A stretch of 64,000 nucleotides of DNA, from contig JBIJAI010000004.1 in NCBI GenBank assembly GCA_044345815.1, positions 2,585 to 66,584 on the forward strand, written 5' to 3'. This DNA is from Rhodoluna sp. Lineage in GTDB: Bacteria; Actinomycetota; Actinomycetes; Actinomycetales; Microbacteriaceae. This document shows positions 60,346 to 64,000 of the stretch, piece by piece. The stretch's first letter is position 1. Every line of letters begins with the position of its first letter. The translations under genes and the position numbers were made by a program. The notes under the pieces are model-generated. The model made no database searches and had not been told where the DNA came from. It saw nothing but the letters and a program-made list of their open reading frames with translations.

Positions 60346-61455
60346 GTGAGAGCTTACCTTTTGATCATGGCCGTGGCCGCGGTGGTGACTTTCGCAGCCA
60401 CGTTTTTGACTCATCGCCTTAGCCGCAAGCATTCGATCATGCCTGAGATTCGCGAGCGAGATGTCCACACCGATCCAACACCGCGAATTGGTGGGTTGGC
60501 AATGTTGATTGGCTTCTTGATTTCATTGGCGGTTGCAGCATCCTTGGGTTGGTTTAGGTCGGTGTTTGAAGACCCAATTCACATTCTTGCCATTGCTGCC
60601 GCTGCCACATTGATTGCAGTGATTGGCGTTCTGGATGACATTTTGGATTTGGATTGGACTATCAAACTTGCCGGTCAATTCATGGCTGCCGGTATTTTGG
60701 CTTGGCAGGGAGTGCAAATTGTTTCGTTGCCAATTGGCGGATTGGTAATTGGTAGCTACGGGGTCTCAATTGTTGTGACAATTTTTGTCACGGTGCTTGT
60801 AATGAACGCCGTGAATTTCATCGATGGCTTGGACGGGCTTGTGGCGGGCGTGGTGCTTATTGGCACCAGCGTGTTCTTTGTCTACACCTATCTGCTTGCC
60901 CAGCAAACCTCGCCAACCAACTACTTCAACCTCGCATCTTTGATCTCGGCAATTGTCATCGGTGTTTGCCTGGGCTTTTTGCCGCTGAACTGGCACAAAG
61001 CCAAGATATTTATGGGCGATAGTGGCGCGATGCTTTTGGGTCTTCTGATGGCAACCTCGGCACTTGCCGTGACCGGTCAAGTTGACCCAGGAGCAGTTTC
61101 AACATCTCTATTGGCGCCAGCTTTCTTGCCGCTTGTTCTTCCGTTGGCTATCTTGATGCTGCCGTTATTGGATTTGACACTTGCCGTGCTTCGAAGAATT
61201 CGCGCTGGCAAGTCGCCATTTTCGGCCGATAGAAAGCACATCCACCACAAGCTGCAGGATTTTGGCCACAGTCACACAGGATCAGTTCTTGTGTTCTACT
61301 TGTGGACAGCCGTTATCTCCCTTAGCGCTTTGGCGCTGTTGTTTATACCCGCGGAGCTTGTTCTGGTTTTGACCATTGTCGCTGGCATCCCTGTTTTGGT
61401 TTACACAGTTTGGCCCGTTATTGAAAGAAGAAGAAAGAGAGCAAAGTCGAAGTGA
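60346..61455 (+). CDS. MraY/WecA-family polyprenyl-phosphate GlcNAc-1-P transferase
   Basis: PRIGG, GVLDD, NAVNFIDGLDGL, FMGDSG, DRKHIHH. Confidence 0.92.
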   Translation: MRAYLLIMAVAAVVTFAATFLTHRLSRKHSIMPEIRERDVHTDPTPRIGGLAMLIGFLISLAVAASLGWFRSVFEDPIHILAIAAAATLIAVIGVLDDILDLDWTIKLAGQFMAAGILAWQGVQIVSLPIGGLVIGSYGVSIVVTIFVTVLVMNAVNFIDGLDGLVAGVVLIGTSVFFVYTYLLAQQTSPTNYFNLASLISAIVIGVCLGFLPLNWHKAKIFMGDSGAMLLGLLMATSALAVTGQVDPGAVSTSLLAPAFLPLVLPLAILMLPLLDLTLAVLRRIRAGKSPFSADRKHIHHKLQDFGHSHTGSVLVFYLWTAVISLSALALLFIPAELVLVLTIVAGIPVLVYTVWPVIERRRKRAKSK

Positions 61456-61862
61456 AAGCCTCAACAAGTGCAGATCAACTATTCAAGCGAGTCCTAGGCC
61501 AGACCGCCTTACTAACCGGACTGATAGCTTCCTTGGGTTCGCTCGCAGGTTATTTTGTGGAGGGGCAAAACGGAGTGGTTAGCGCCTTGATTGGCTCGGC
61601 CTTGGCTTTTGTTTTTGGGGCACTGACAGTAGTTAGCATGCTGGTTGGCAGGAAGCTTTCCTTGGCAGGCTTTTTTGGAGTCGTCATGGGTGGCTGGTTG
61701 GTTAAGCTAATCGGCTTTGCTCTTTTGGCAAGGTCATTACAGGGGGCTGAGTTTATAAATGGGCCAGTTCTGTTTCTGACCCTGGTCGCGGCCATTTTGG
61801 GGTCCCTTGTAATTGACTCCATTGCCGTGCTTTCAGCCCGAATTCCTGTGGTCGAGGGCTAG
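61452..61862 (+). CDS. AtpI-like membrane protein
   Basis: Four TM segments with W..K motif, directly upstream of atpB. Confidence 0.7.
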   Translation: MKASTSADQLFKRVLGQTALLTGLIASLGSLAGYFVEGQNGVVSALIGSALAFVFGALTVVSMLVGRKLSLAGFFGVVMGGWLVKLIGFALLARSLQGAEFINGPVLFLTLVAAILGSLVIDSIAVLSARIPVVEG

Positions 61863-61956
61863 TTTTTTTCTTGCTACAATTTTTATGATGCCGCAACGTA
61901 TGGGGCATTGACACTGTAAATCGCCGCGAGAAATCGCCCCGAAACAGGAGCCTGCC

Positions 61957-63074
<1,118 letters not shown>

Positions 63075-63093
63075 ATAAAGTCAGGACTAAACA

Positions 63094-63645
63094 ATGATTT
63101 CAAGGATCATCGTCGCCGCAGCAGCAGAGGGTGAAGCAAAAAACCCACTGCTACCGGCTGACTACGACATCCTTTGGTCGTCGGTCGTCTTCGTGATTAT
63201 GCTGACTTTCTTTTGGTTCAAGGTTCTTCCGAATTTCAAGAAGACTTTGGATGAGAGAACTGAAGCAATCGAGGGACGCCTAGCTGCTGCTGAGAAAGCT
63301 CAGGCTGAGGCAGCTGCCAAGACGGATGAAATCTCCAAGGCTCAAGAAAACAATCGCGCCGAGGCTAGCGCAATTCGTGAAGAGGCGCGCGCCGAAGGCG
63401 CTGCAATTCTTGCCGAATTGAAAGAGCAAGCTCAGGCCGAGGCAGCTCGCATCACTTCAACTGCTAAAGCGCAGATTGAGGCTGAGCGCCAGGCTGCATT
63501 GATTTCTTTGAGAGCTGAAGTTGGTTCTATGGCAATCGATCTAGCCTCCAAGGTGGTTAGCGAGAGCCTGAAGGACAGCGCAACAGCCTCACGGGTTGTT
63601 GACGAGTTCCTAAAGGACATCGAATCTTCAAAGGCAGGCAACTAG
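63094..63645 (+). CDS. atpF: F0F1 ATP synthase subunit b
   Basis: NPLLP + TM, LDER..AI, Ala/Glu-rich coiled coil. Confidence 0.95.
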   Translation: MISRIIVAAAAEGEAKNPLLPADYDILWSSVVFVIMLTFFWFKVLPNFKKTLDERTEAIEGRLAAAEKAQAEAAAKTDEISKAQENNRAEASAIREEARAEGAAILAELKEQAQAEAARITSTAKAQIEAERQAALISLRAEVGSMAIDLASKVVSESLKDSATASRVVDEFLKDIESSKAGN

Positions 63646-63650
63646 AGAAC

Positions 63651-64000
63651 ATGTCCAGCTCAACTAGACAAGCGGTAGCAGCGGCGAAGGAAATCATCAC
63701 GCCGATGCTGAGCGATGCTGACCTGAAGTTTGCGGAAGAACTATTCGCAATCGGTTCGGCCGTCTCCGACTCTAAGCAACTACGCAACATTCTTTCGGAC
63801 CCTTCCGCCGAGATCGCTGGCAAAAAAGCTGCCCTAGCGGCTGTTTTTGGCAAGAGCGTTTCTTCGAAGACTGTTGATTTTGTTGCAAAGCTAGTTGATC
63901 TTCGCTGGTCTAGCGGCTCCGATCTAGTTCGTGCACTTGAGCAGCTAGCTGTTCACTCGGTTGCAGCTATCGCAGCCAAGTCCAACAAGCTAGAAGCTCT
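63651..64000 (+). CDS. atpH: F0F1 ATP synthase subunit delta (3'-truncated by window)
   Basis: Not in ORF track. Reads MSSSTRQAVAAAKE...QLRNILSDPS...RWSSGSDLVRALEQ; follows atpF. Confidence 0.9.
   Translation, partial: MSSSTRQAVAAAKEIITPMLSDADLKFAEELFAIGSAVSDSKQLRNILSDPSAEIAGKKAALAAVFGKSVSSKTVDFVAKLVDLRWSSGSDLVRALEQLAVHSVAAIAAKSNKLEA

Overview
Gene-dense core chromosome of a streamlined, roughly 50% GC actinobacterium. Protein style and gene order point to Microbacteriaceae, probably a freshwater Aquiluna/Rhodoluna-like lineage (inference). Content in order: leuB-ilvE-FAH-gltX, tRNA-Gln and tRNA-Glu; leuCD-murA-plsC-gpsA-ddl and thiL; dapD/dapE; tatB, mrp, pepP, a PHP protein and a DEAD-box helicase; adnAB, an APH-like gene, nudC and uvrD2; a zincin/PDZ-Lon/UPF0182 cluster and tRNA-fMet; htrA, pncB and murI-rph-rdgB; tRNA-Arg; argS-lysA-hom-thrC-thrB-rho-prfA-prmC-tsaC-wecA; and the start of the atp operon. 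I found no integrase, IS element, prophage, CRISPR array or recognisable defence system, so I cannot claim a new multi-gene system. The most notable signals are: pervasive leaderless and bidirectional promoters; convergent genes overlapping at their stop codons; a PafBC-type promoter before adnAB; a ClgR-type box between two protease genes; a Rho lacking the N-terminal helical bundle and preceded by a structured leader; a likely CTG-initiated atpB; an APH-fold pseudokinase; an orphan CX5R phosphatase; and a secreted stalk-and-knob PKD-like protein next to tRNA-fMet.
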